From: the human T2T-CHM13v2.0 reference genome, Homo sapiens
Assembly (NCBI RefSeq): GCF_009914755.1
Contig: NC_060939.1
Direction: 5' to 3' (one strand)
DNA: 64,000 nt
Positions 27,991 through 43,503 of this stretch are shown in pieces. The position numbers and the translations under genes are program-made. Within the stretch, counting starts at the first letter, position 1. Every line of letters begins with the position of its first letter. Under the pieces are notes generated by a model. That model saw nothing but the letters and a program-made list of their open reading frames with translations, had not been told where the DNA came from and searched no databases.

Positions 27991-30417
27991 CTGCAAGGCA
28001 CATTCTTGCACGGGTGGGAATCGGTGTCCATAGATTCCCATGCCCCACATGAAGGCTGCAGGGCAGGACTCCTCTGAGAGTGACACACGCTGGAGGAAAA
28101 ACTGGGAGATGGTAGATTTCCCTCCTCAGAAAACCTTGCCATGGAGTCTTCACGACTTTTTCCCCTAATTTTTCAGTGTGGGTGTTTAATTCATTTATTT
28201 TCACTTTTTAATTTGTATTGCTATGGAAAGGCGTTTGGTGCTATAAATGTCAGGTCTCAAATTTGCATGACTCCAAAGTTCATGGCCTTCATACTCTACC
28301 CCTCCCCCAGCTCCAGCCTCTGTCATACCCTGGTGGGAAATTCAATTCTTTGAATTGAGTTGTGTGTTGTGTGGTTGCTTGCTACATTTTAAAGTTCTTG
28401 AGATAAAGAAGGGGGTTCCCCATTGGCCTTCCCATCTTCTGGAAGCTCCCTGAGGCTAGGCCCCAATCTCCAGGATCAGTCTCAGAGCCCCTCCCTTTAC
28501 ACCCCTGCCTGCAACAGGAATGCGGGGGGCGGGGGGGGGGGGGTAATACTGGGCGAGGGGGACTGGGCAACAGCCAGGGTGGCATTTGAAGGAGCCAAAG
28601 GGGCCTCCCCTTCCTTAGTTCCTGGCAGAATCACTCCTTGGAAAGAAAACTATCATAGTCCAATGCTGTAGGGGGAAGAGCTGGGGTAAATGAGGCATGC
28701 CTGGGAGGCTGGGGGTACCCCGGGGATGGCAGGAGCTGCCATCAGGTGGGGCATCCCCAGCCCTCAGCCTCAAAGGTGTGGCTTTGGGAAAGTGGCGGAT
28801 AGCTGTGCCAGGGCCCAGGAAGACTGTCAAGGCCAATGGCACTCAGAGACTTGGCATTTCCTCCCAAAGGGACTCATTTGCTCAGCACGGGGTCTCCTAA
28901 ACTCCTAGACCCCACCTCTCTCTGCCCTCCCCCTTTTGCCAACTCATGTCACTCATTGTGGAGGGCAGAAAACCAACAGTGAGCCGTCCTTGCCACCCTT
29001 AGTTGCTTGGGTAGAAAATCGACTTGGTGCTCCTTCACGCACATAAAACCACTCTCCTATTGATGGTCCATTCTATTCTAGTCCTCTCTCCTGCACATCT
29101 GCTGTCACGAGGTTGACCGGACAAGGGATTGTAGTGTCCATTTTGCAAACGAAGAAGTTCATCTCAGGGATATTGAGTAATTTGCTTCAAGGCTTCCCAG
29201 TAGTTGCTTTAAGATTCCACCATCCAGTTGCAATCTTTTCTGTTTTCTCACCTTTGCAATACCATGCATCAATTTGGGATGTGTGTGGAATGAGTGTCTG
29301 TAAATTGAATCCTGGCTTAGCTACCGCAAGGGATTCCAAGATTTCCAGGGACCTGCGGGGAGTCCTGTCAGAGTGAGAACAACCAGCCACCTCCAGCCCA
29401 GACTACCTGGCTACTGTGTGTGGGTTTTCCCCAGCTGGGTTTTGGTAATTCTAGACCCTGAGGTGTCTAGATGGGCCACCAGGAGCTGCTGTTGGCTTTC
29501 TGCCTGGCCTGCCTCCTCTGCCCAGTGCAGTACATTTCTTCTTCCCTTGCAGTCTGTCTGCCTCTGACCAGATGCTCAATAGTTACTAAATGAATGAATG
29601 AATGAGTGAATGAATAAATGAATGATGAATGTGGCCTTGTTATGCTCCTGATCCTGCCTTCTACCTGCCCCCTTCTTGTCTTATGATGACCTTTTCTTCT
29701 GCTGACCTTGACTTTGACCTTAGCTAGTATTTGCAACCCTCTGTTCACTCCATCTCCTGGCTCTTTAGAGGAGGGAATACTCCTCTAATATTAGCTAATG
29801 TTTTAAGTGAGCAATCAGGAGACTTTCACCCTCTCTTGTTGGATCGCATCTTACGTACCAATGGATTTGAAAAATAAATTAATTTATGGCCAGCTTAATT
29901 CCAGAAAAGACTCAAAGCAGTTTCTAAATTTAAATATGATACAAAATGAAGTAAATTATAAAACAAATAAATGCAGAAATCACAGCAAATAAAAAGTGAG
30001 AGTAAGAAAGAGAAGGTAAAACAAAGAATGAGGTAAATGCAAATAGGAGGTCCAGGATAATTGCTAGAGGTTTTCAGGCCAAATATCTGCAGCTGAGCTT
30101 CCTAGCAGCCAATGCAAAGAGAGCAACCCGATTAGTTATAATCTTACTTAGTGTCCATAAGATAAAGGCAAATCACATAGAGAAACTCAACTGTTCTGGA
30201 ATTATGCTTCATAATAAAAAGACCCTATAAAAATTACCTGTACCCATAATCATAGGCTCCCTAATTATAGTAATCATAAACAGAGCAAGAAAGTTTATAG
30301 CACTGCTTCCTTTATTTTAAAAATACAGAAAATACAGAGACCATCACAGGCATGCACAACTCTATCATCTACAATGATAGTTGTTAATATTTTGCCAGCA
30401 CTACTCATTATGCAGAA

Positions 30418-30564
30418 TTTTTTTATGCTAATTTTTTTGTGTTTTTAGTAGAGATGGGGTTTTACCGTGTTAGCCAGGATGGTCTCAATCTCCTGACCTC
30501 ATGATCCACCTGCCTCGGTCTCCCAAAGTGTTGGGATTACAGGCGTGAGCCACTGCACCCGGCC
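30418..30564 (-). mobile_element. AluY/Sc-type left monomer only
   Basis: Left arm and linker between TSD tat(g/a)cagaatt. Confidence 0.88.
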
Positions 30565-30798
30565 TATACAGAATTAATAAAAGAAATAAAACACCTCAGA
30601 TAAAGTCCTCTATCTCCTTCCTATAGCCCTCCTCTCCCCAAAGACAATTAGCATGACAAATTTGGTATTTATCTTCCCAGTCAATTTAAAAATTACTTTA
30701 CATACAGACATATGTTCCATAAATATTAAATACTATTTTCAATCTACATAGTCATATCTTATGGACTATTTCATTCAGTCACTTGCTTTCTTAGCTTA

Positions 30799-31161
<363 letters not shown>

Positions 31162-31306
31162 CTAATTCTTTTCTTTTAAATTCTGTACACTATTTTATAG
31201 AATAAGAATACTACATTTTGTTCGCCTGTTCTTCTACTAATGGCCAGTCTACATTAGACTAGCCAATGCTTTTCTCTTAAAAACAAAGCTGCAAATAACC
31301 TATTTG

Positions 31307-31465
31307 CAGTGGTGTTCTGGCAAATGTTTAACCATCAGCTGTCTTGAAACACTCCCGCCATGACTGATTTCAAGCTGCCAACAGGACATCACTAAATGCA
31401 GAGTTGGGAAGAATTGAACACTATCAGTCTTGCAAGCTGTACAAGTCAGTTCCAGCACACCACAG
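31307..31465. mobile_element. MER63-like hAT MITE
   Basis: TIR pair cagtggtgttctgg / ccagcacaccacag. Confidence 0.7.
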
Positions 31466-32441
31466 CACATACATCTCCCTGTGCGTACATATGAAAGTTT
31501 CTCTAGGAATATATCTCAAAACAAAACTGCTATGTGCAGTTTCAAATTTACTACTTATTGTCAAATTTCTCCCCAAAGCGGTCTTACTAATTTACACTCC
31601 TCCCAGCAGCATATAAGAGTATTAATGTCTCCAAATCTTTCCTGATACTCAATACTTTCAGACTTTTCCATTCTTGCCAACATGATGAATGAGAAGTGGT
31701 ACAACCAGTGAGGTTGAACAACTTTTCATGTGCTTATTGATGACTTAGATTTCCTCTTCTGCAAATTACCTATACATATATTCTTAGTCCATTTTTATCT
31801 TAAGTTGTATATCTTTTTCTTATCGATTGACAGGAGTTCTTTATATATCATATCACAGTCCCTTGTTGATTATATATATGGCAAATATCTTTAGCTTGTT
31901 AAATTTTTTCCTATTGGTTTATGTTTTGTTTCAGAAATTCTTTCTCCTCTTTCCCAAACCATAAAGATACTCCTCTTCTTTCTTTCTACAAATAATTTTT
32001 TTCTTATTACGTGAGCAATACAGAATCTTTGCAGAAAAATTAGAAAATATAGACTGTCAAGAAGAGGAGAAAATCACAATCCTACTACTCAGAAACAACC
32101 ACTGTTCATGTATTGGTATATTACCTCTGGTCTTTCTGTTTTAACGGCCATTTACAGTAAAACTGCAGCTCACAGGCCATATTGCTATGTAGTGTGCAGC
32201 TCTTTGAGAATTTGCTTTAGCACTTTTCAATTTTGTCAGTCCTCCTTCCTGGAGTTTACACTGGGGTCTTCCATGATCTGGGATTGTTTGGGGTTTTTTT
32301 TAATTGGTTGGTTGGTTTTTGTCTTTTTATGGATTGGCTGGTTGTTTTTATGTGTCTGTTCTCGTGGCACCAAAACCTCCTACTGTCCTGAGCATGGACT
32401 TCCAGCTCCTTCCCTCCTGCTCCCACTTTGGCCCTTGGCTA

Positions 32442-32938
<497 letters not shown>

Positions 32939-35884
32939 TCAATCTTGGCAAGTTCTTTGCTTCCTGCTTCCTGCGGGCTGCAAACCACACTTGGTAGGTT
33001 TTCCAAACCTGCGGAAGGTGGAATCAGCTGAGGGGTGGATGGAGCGTGCGGGGTCTCAGGTGTGCTGGGGGTGCTCTAAGGAGAAACCCGCTTGCCTGGG
33101 GCGAATTTGAAGCTGCTTCTTTCTTACCAGCATGAAAATACAGAGTGTGTCAGACCCCAAAGACGAGCTTAAAAGAACCCCCGGGATGTAATGCCCCAGC
33201 TAGTTGATTTAGTCTGTTTCCCACCTTTGTCATTGACTTGCCATGACGTTTTGGCAAGTAGCTCACCAGGGGCCTCAGGACCCCTTCTGAAAGCCAGGGG
33301 CCTGGTTAGTGATCTCTGGAGCTAAGGAGTCAGAATGACTGCACTGAATTTCAGCCACACCCCGACCAATTTAGGCAAGTTGTTTAACCTCTCTCAAGCT
33401 CAGTTTCATCATCTATAAAATTGAACCACGATAGCACCCATCTCTTATGGTCGATTGTAAAGATTTAATGATATGATCCAAGTATAAAGTATGGAAGATG
33501 CAATGGTACTTTTTAGGGACCGTTATTACTGTCGCCCCCGAGTTCTGGGATTCTGGGTTCACCTTAGAAGGGACAGGCGTCCTACCCAGAATGTCCAGCA
33601 GGTGGTGCTGTCTCAGAACAAATCTACCTGCAGGCGCTCTGCGGGAAGGTTTTCTCCAAGAGGCAGGTGGGTGGCTTGGGAGCCAGAACACATCTGAGAT
33701 GCAGGCGGCTCTGGAGGGCTCAGCCTCTTCATTTCCCAAAGGGGGACCCCAAGACTAAAATGGCCGTACTGTGTTCCTGCAGCCATGAGAGAGCCAGGAC
33801 TCGAACGCAGCCCACCTGCCTCCCAGAGGGGGACACCTGAGCCTCCCCACACCTCCAGTCTCCCTCCCACTTATGGGCTACCCCACCCACCCCCAGGATG
33901 GGCGTGGGATCCTCAGAGAGGTTGGGATGACCAGCTTTTCGCAGCACACTGGGTGTGTGTCTTGGTGGAGAGGAGGTTCCTGACTCTCTGGGGGGAAGAT
34001 GGCCCAGGCTGACCGCCCCTGGGTGACCCTGAATGGAGGTCCTCGCTCAGCCTTTCCCAGCACTCGCTTTCCAAAGTGGGCAGACAGGGGTGCCGTGGGG
34101 AGAAACTAAGGTGTGATGGAGAGAGAGGGGCCGCTCACAGGGCACGGAGCCAGGATGCTCTCGGGGGCTCATTCTGTGTGAGTGCCTGACCCCCAGCCTA
34201 CCTCACCCCTAACTCTCAAAGGGCTGGGAACTAGGAGGTCCAGCTAACAACCCCCAGGGGTCCTCCCCGCAGGCCCAGGCCCAACCTGGCATGAGGGTAG
34301 CTCATCTCAACTTTGAGAGCCTTGCCTCAAAGTTCCCACTGGGCTGTGGGTGAAGAGGCACAGCTCACCACAACTGTTCCCGGAGGCTGTCCCCAAGCTG
34401 GGCCTCCCCGGCCTCCTCTTTCCTGAGGAGTGAATCTCCTCAACACTTGGGCCCCTCCTGTGCCCACAGCCCTGGCCCTAACCAACCACCTTACTCCTCT
34501 GAAGGTCTTATGTCATTTCCTTCTCCCACGGAAGGCAGCCCAGACCCCCAGAGCCCCTGTGAGGGACCCTGGGCAGCAGGAACCAGGGCTCTTGAAGATG
34601 GACAAAGGCCTGGCGCCTTCTATCCTTTAGACTAAGGTATATTTTTAAAATGAAAAGTGGCAAATAGAGTTACAAAAACTGCAGTTTATTTTAAATGTTT
34701 ATAATGACAAATTAATACTTTTCACTTATAAAACATGACAATGACTCTTAAAACTTCTTTGATGATGAGATCTAAAGTCTATTTGGGGTTCTTCATGGAA
34801 GTGAGGCCCAGAACCGATGGCCCACCTTCCCCTCTCCTCCCATACATCAAGACCCAGACATGGCAGCAAGGATGGGTGGGTGGGGGCCGGGGGAGACCTG
34901 GCAGGGAGCACGGAGATGCCTGCTTCTTCTCTACCCCTGAGGTTCTGGAACCCAGAAGGGGCTTTGGTCATCAGCATCCCCAAAGTGTCCTCTCACAGAT
35001 AGGGAAACTGAGGACCAAGGAGGGGAAGCTGCTTGCTCAAAATGCTGAGCAAGTGAGAGGCAGATTCAGGCCCTGGAACCAGGTCTCCTGATCCCAGACT
35101 GGCATTCTTCCAGGGGTACTTTAGTACAAATGGAAAAACTAAAGCACCCAGGAAAAATTAGGCCAAAACATCCTCTTGTTTTGCTCTCCCAGCCTGGGAC
35201 ACCTTGGCCCCCATCTCTTCTGATGCTTCATCCATGACCCTTGACCACAAGAATCACAAAAGGACCCCTGTTCATCTGCTTATCCTTGGTATTTGGACAC
35301 AGAGGAAATCTGGTTCCATCTAAACACTGGTGCAATCTAGAAAGGGCATAAAACTCCCAAGGGGCAGCCATGGCCATAGGAGGACGCGGGGGGGTGGGGG
35401 GGGCAGGGCCTTGTTGCTGGGTAACCAGCTTTATCTGTTGCCTCGGTGACAACCCCATCAGAGGGAGTCTGTGTGCAGAGTGTGTGCCTACGAGTCTCCA
35501 GTCTTTTTAAAACCAGCTGGCTGGAGCCATGTCCTCCCCCATTGCAGACTGCCTCCTGCACACACTGGAGGCCCCTATACCGTGATGAAGACCTTTCCTC
35601 CCCCTTTCCCTGCCTTCTCCATCACTCCTCATCATAGAATCGCATGCTTCCTTCAGCTACCCCAAAGCATCAGCCCCTCTGATCTCAACATCGTTGATCC
35701 TGCCACCAGACCTTTCCTCAAGAAGTTCTCCCAACCTATTGGATTGCTGGGGTCACTACCTCCCAGGAGCAGACAGGAAGGAAGCAGGGAGCCTGACCAG
35801 GACACGTAGTGGTTGCAGAGAATGCCTCAGAGCTGCGCTTCCTGCTGTCAGTCTTTAGGTGGTGAAGAAGCCAGGGAGACAGAC

Positions 35885-37000
35885 ATGTGTTCATCCAACA
35901 AACATTCAGCCCATGGTGCTTATATTCCAGGCACCACGCCAGGCCCCGGAAACATGGGGCACAAAGGACAGCTCAGTCCCTGCAGCTGGGACTAGCAGGG
36001 GAGTGAGACGAGTCAAAGGACAGTCACACATGTGGATGTGTACAACAAAGAGGAAATCTCAGGGGCCATGTAAGCACAGAAGAAAGGCACCACATCCATG
36101 TTTGGGAGAAAGAGGGGTGGTCGGCTGAATGATGCTCTCAGCAAAGGTGTCCTTGTCCTAATCCCCAGAACTTGCACATGTTACCTGATGTGGCAAAAGG
36201 AACTCTACAGATATAATTAAGGATCCTGAGATAGAGAGATTATCCCAGATTATCTGGGTAGTCCTAAAGTAATCACAAGATCTTTGTAACAGGGAGGCAG
36301 GAGGGTTGGAGAGCGAGATGTGATGATGGAAGTGAAGGGCTGGAGTGATACAAGGAAGGGCCCAGAGCAAGGAATGCAAAGCCAAAAAAGGCAAGGATGA
36401 GATTCTCCCCCGAACCACCCAGGAGGAATGCAGCCATGCCAACGTCTTGGTTTTAGCCCCCATAACACTCATCTTAGTCTTATGGCCTCCAGAACTGTAG
36501 GAGAGTAAGTTTGTGCTATTTTAAACCACCACATGTGTGGCCATTTGTTACAAGTGGAAGGCTTCTTGGAGGAGGTGATGTCTAGAAGAGTTTTAAAGAA
36601 CTGGGAGTGACTCCAGCAAAGGAGCAGAGGCATCAGCCTAGGCAAAGGCCATAAGCAGGACTGCCCCTGGTGCGTTTGTGCCCCGCACAGTGAAGATTTT
36701 GCTGGGGAGAGGAGATGAAGCTATCAGAGAAGAGGAAGGAGGCGAGGGCAGGGCCCAGACCGTGCAGGGCCTTACAAGCCGTGATGAAGAGTTTGGATGT
36801 GTCCCTGAGAGCAATGGGGAGCCATTGAAGGTTATGAGCAGGGGTGGCTGAACCAATCTAACTGCAATCTTAGAAAGGTCACTAGTTTTGAAAGGAGGAA
36901 GGATTACAGGGGCAAGAATGGATGGGGGAGACCATGTTGGAGGCTGAGCAGTAGTCCAGAAGGAAGATGAGCACAGCACAGCAGAGACAGGTTGGAGAGG
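35885..37000 (-). mobile_element. L2 fragments interrupted by MLT1D
   Basis: tcatccaacaaacattcagc...; gagcaatggggagccattgaaggttatgagcaggg. Confidence 0.65.
36117..36555 (+). mobile_element. MLT1D-like MaLR solo LTR
   Basis: gtcctaatccccagaacttgcacatgttacc...ggcctccagaactgtaggagagtaagtttgtgctattttaaaccacc. Confidence 0.85.
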
Positions 37001-37108
37001 CGGTGACAGGGCCCCCTTAGGGAGGGCTCAGCAGGTGGGCTTGTCGGGCCCTGGTACCACCTGAGTATGGGGAGACAGAGAGGAACCAAATAACAGATTT
37101 TGGCTTTG

Positions 37109-37124
37109 CCAGTAGGTGGCGCTA
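37109..37124 (+). promoter_or_regulatory. CTCF motif
   Basis: CCAGTAGGTGGCGCTA fits the CTCF core CCASYAGRKGGCRS. Confidence 0.65.
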
Positions 37125-40100
37125 TTGGTCATATTTGGGGAGGTGAGCAGCTGAAATTGAGTGGACTGGACTCACAGGTGCCCATTGTGGAAGGACCCTC
37201 CAAGGATCCCAGCCTCGGGACGTGGAGCAGGTGGACGTAATACTGAGCAGATTTCCTACCCAAGCTCTGCTGAGGGCCCAAGCAAACCCCAAAGAGGCCA
37301 GGAGATGTTTACCTGGAAAGCAGGGAATCCCACCTGGAGAACCTCCAGCTGCCAGAGTCTAAGCTGACCTTTACCTCCTCCCCCAGGCAGATCTCCAGCC
37401 CAGGCACCTTCCTTTTGCAGAACTAGTCAGAAGATGGGCACCTGAAACGCACCCATGTGAGGTCCTATGACTGCTGAACCTCGGTCTCCTCATGTGCCGA
37501 GTAACAGCCCCCGCCCCACCATCTGTTGCCCACTCCCCACATGCCAGGCTGGCACCAGGCACTTCACCCACATCATTGGTTTAATCTCATTCACTCTATG
37601 AAAAAGATGGTGTTCTCACTTCATTATACATGAGGAAACTGAGTCTCAGAGCGGCTAAGTGAGCTGTCAGGTCAGTTGCTCAAAGTCCCATGACTAGGAA
37701 GGGACAGAGCCAGGGCTCCTTCCCAGAGAGTCAAACTCCAGGGCTGCAGGAAGAGGCCCCCAGGGTGTGGGGCCAGGGTCAGAAAAGGCCAGTGCAAGGC
37801 AGCTCTGGGATTTGAAGTCAGGCCTGTCTGACTCCAAAACTTATGACCCCAACCCCAGGGCTGTGTGAGCGCAGAAAGGAATGGATTGCACAGTGGTGGC
37901 TCTCCCAGGCCCACCCTACCACATGGCTGGGGCTGGGGTGGGCAGCCCCTTTCCCACACTGCCCAGCATCAAGGCAGGCCAACATGTAGCTCACTCTTCA
38001 GGGGCACCAACCCTCTCCTAGGGTCCCGCTGGGTGACGTCAGACTCTTGGTTTCCTCCCCTGCACTGAATGAGGAGGTGTGATGCTGTGGTTAAACCTCC
38101 TGCCCAGGTGACTGGGAAAAGTGAGTCCTGATGGAGGCATGGCCCTGCCGTCTTGTCCCCAACCAGGTGTGTTCTCCACACACAAACCCTCACTCCCTTC
38201 CTCCACGGTTCCCCTCCCACCAAGGCTAGAGGGGGCTCCAGTCCAGGTCTCTTCTTTTGCAAATGAGTAAATAGAGGGACTGAGAGAATGAGCTCCCCAC
38301 TCAAGGGGACCCAAACCACTTATGTCAAAGCCATGGTCAGAGCTCACAGCCCCTGACTTGCAAACCACTGCTTACCCACCCCGAGGCTGGGGGCTGGGCA
38401 GGGGGGAGAGAAGGCTGCCTGCTCCATGGGTTGTGGCAACCTGTGGCTGGGACTCATCCCTTACTCTATGTTCCTGCCAGCAGGTGTCTGTGGGTACCAG
38501 ATGCTGGGAGAGGGGCCCAGGTTACTTGAAGTGGTGGTAGGAGATTTCCGTTTCTGCACCTTGATGAACCATGTATGATATTAAGTTGTCACAGAAGAAA
38601 ATGGGAAAACGACTTTGCTTTGCAGTTGATGTGGTCACATTCCCCGTGGAGAACTCGGAGAAGTCTGGGGGAAGTGGCCCCTCTCTCTGATGCTGTTTGA
38701 TTCCAGGTGGCAGAGCCAGGGAGGAGGGGGACAGGCACAGGGGTCCCACAGGAGGGTCCGTGCTGAGCGCCAAACTTCAAGATGAGCAGGGCCAGCCTCA
38801 AGGGCCACAGACGGCCATCTGGCCCCTCCCTCTGTGTGATCTGTGAGTCTGTGGGAGATGGTCTGGAACTGTCAGAACTGGAAAGGTTAATCGTGGGCAC
38901 ACAGAGGAGCTGGGTTCAGAGAAAGAAGGAAGAGAATCCACTCATCTCTGCCCTTCGTGCAGTGCCTGGCTCAGGATAAGGTGGGGTGAGGACAGGCCCA
39001 GAGACAGGACGGGGAGCGGGCCAGGCAAAGAAAGGAGGGAAGAGCAGAGAAGGGAGAGCCACTCATCTCACCACCTTCCCACAATGCCTCGTAATCACAG
39101 GATGACAGGGATGCGTGGCAGGAAGAAAGACAGGGTGATGAGCGCTGGGGCCACCCTGGAAGGGCAGAGCCCACGCCTCTTGGAGCACCGGCCAGTGGCA
39201 GGGAGTGAGTGTGGCAGGGCTCCCCCAGGCTTCCAAAGAACAGCTGGGTGGCGTCATTGCTGGAGGCACACCTCTCCATTCTCAAGCCAGGCACAGGTCC
39301 CTACAACTCCTCACCCACATTCCCTTCGTTGACATAAATGTGAGTCTATGGAGGAGTCCCCCTTCCCAGATAGAAAGACTGCCACACTCGCAAGGTCCTT
39401 CAGTGCAAGGCTGATAACACCAGGACCTACAGCACTCAGGCCCGAGATGTGAGGGTCGAAAGGACCCCCAAAGGCAGCTCCGCAGAGCACAAGGGCTTGG
39501 TGTGTGGAGTGGCTGAAGCCCAGTCACAAACTCAGGTGTGGTTGAGTTCCCACTTTATTTCCACAAAATCTTCTTTACTCCGCAGACAGTTCCTGCACTG
39601 GTAAGAAAGTCCACTTGGTTGTTGTTCGGGGTCTTCTCCCCCTCCCAGATCTCACCAGGACCTGACTCGTGACTGTGGCTGCCGAGGGACTCACTGCCCA
39701 AGCCCACGTGACCTTGTCATGGAGCCACCTCTGCAGAGCCCTGGCCACCTCCTAGAGTTCTCCTTGTGGGATCCCTGGGCCTCTTTTCCCTTCCTAGTGA
39801 GGAGGGGACTCACGAGAATCTTCCTCCCCCATCCCAGTCTGTCTTCTTTCCTGTCATAATCAGTTCCCTTCCAGCCTCACTCAAGGACTCAGCATAACCA
39901 CTCCCTTTCACAGGCTTCCAGCTTTGGGAAAAGGAAAGTCAAAAGGTAGAGATGGCTATTGCTGGCAACTTCTGCTTTGGTTTGGCCATAAATGTCCCCT
40001 CGGGTAAGAAAATGTGAAGCCTACTTGCCTCTGCCAGGAGGCCATGGGAATACACAGCTCAACAAATGACCCTGCCCTGCCTGCACTTTCCCCCAACAGA

Positions 40101-40160
40101 GGAAAGGGATTCATAGAGGATCACATTATAGAGCTGAATCTTGAACACAACCTTGGAAGG

Positions 40161-40435
40161 GTTAAGGTTCAGGGGCCAATCTATCCAAGGTCATAGCAGA
40201 GCTGAGGTTCTGGTGCCAATCTATTCAAGGTCATAGCAGAGCTGAGGTTCTGGTGCCAATCTATTCAAGGTCATAGCAGAGCTGAGGTTCAGTGGCCAAT
40301 GTATTCAAGGTCATAACAAGGCTGAGGTTAAGGGGTCAATCTATCCAAAGTCATAACAAGGTCAAGGTTCAGCGGCCAGTCTATCCAAGGTCATGGCAGA
40401 GCTGAGGTTCAGGGGCCAGTCTATCCAAGGTCATA
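40161..40435. repeat. Minisatellite, 7 x 40 bp, MIR-derived
   Basis: Consensus gctgaggttcaggggccaatctatccaaggtcatagcaga with exact 40-bp period; last unit runs into reverse MIR core. Confidence 0.92.
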
Positions 40436-41282
40436 CATCTGGAAAATGGCAGTGCAGGGATGGAAACCTAAGTATGCCTTGGGTATACCCAGCTTCACAA
40501 AGGGAAGGGCAGCATCCTAACCAGAGCAGCAGTGAGGCCTCAATACAGGCCAGACACTGTGCTAAGCACTTTATATGTAACCATTCCATTCATTATCCCT
40601 TTGAAGCACAGAGAGGTTAAGTAAATGCCCAAGGTCACAGAGCTGCAAGGTGGCAATGCCAGGACGTAAACCCAGGCAGCCTGACATCAGTTTGCACCAC
40701 GCTAACTGGGACTCCACAGCCTTAGTCATGGTCCTTTAGGAGTTAGGGAAGAGGGGGTGCAGCAAATGACAGGCATGAGAGTTGCCAGCATTACACAGCA
40801 TGAGGTCCTGGTCATAGTCCACACCTCCCAGGTAATATATTACGTCTGTCCAGTTAGACTTCGGAAGGCCACAACACACACCTTAAGGTAAATGAAGGGC
40901 ACTGGGCACTGTGATAGGCCTTTGGGGCACAGTTAGGGGATCCCTTAACCCAATGGCAGGCAGGGCAGCCTGGCAGTGGAATGGCAGGGAGGGTGGGTGT
41001 GGGCAGAGAGGCTTCAGTAGGGCTGAGTCAGTGAGCTGGGCCAGCCTGGCGGAGGGCAGATAAGAAGTTGACAGGTGAGGCTGGTGTTCTGACCCGCTGC
41101 AGGACTACACAGCGGGGCTGGTGAGCCCCCAAGGCATCAAACATCTCTACATCCAAGCCCAGCTTCTCCGGAAGCTGTCTGCTGCTGCCCCTGCCTGGCA
41201 GGCCCAGGGGTCCTGCTGGAACCCTGAATGGCTGGGAAGGTGGGGTTGGAGAGGAGAGCAAAAACTCCCTTCCCCCTCACCA

Positions 41283-41581
41283 TTTTTTTTTTAAGACAGG
41301 GTCTCGCTTCGTTAACCAGGCTGGAGTGCAGTGGCACAATCACAGCTCACTGCAGCCTCAGTGACCTCCCATGATTAAGAAATCCTCCTTCCTGCCTCAG
41401 CCTCCTGAGCAGCTGGGACCACAGGCATGCGTCACCATTCCCCCAGGTAACTTATTATTTTTTGTAGAAATGAGATCTTACGTTGTTGCTCGGGCTGGTT
41501 TCAAATTCCTGGGCTCAAGCAAGTCTCTCACCCCAGTCTCTCAAAGTGCTGGGATTACAAGCATGAGCCACCGCACTGGCC
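41283..41581 (-). mobile_element. AluJ
   Basis: Reverse Alu dimer. Confidence 0.9.
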
Positions 41582-41799
41582 TCTCTCCCCCTTGACTCCA
41601 GACAGATGTGGTCTGCGATATAATAGGGGAGTGTGGACACGGGGTCACCCACCTCCTTTCTAGGCCTTTGTGGAGGCTGCAGGAGAGGTGCAAGGAGCCA
41701 GGTGGATCTCAGGGCAAGCCAAAGCCCTGCCTTGACTGGCTGGGTAACATTGGCCAAGTTACTTCCCCTCTCTGGCCTCAGTTCCTTCATCTCCAGGTC

Positions 41800-43503
<1,704 letters not shown>

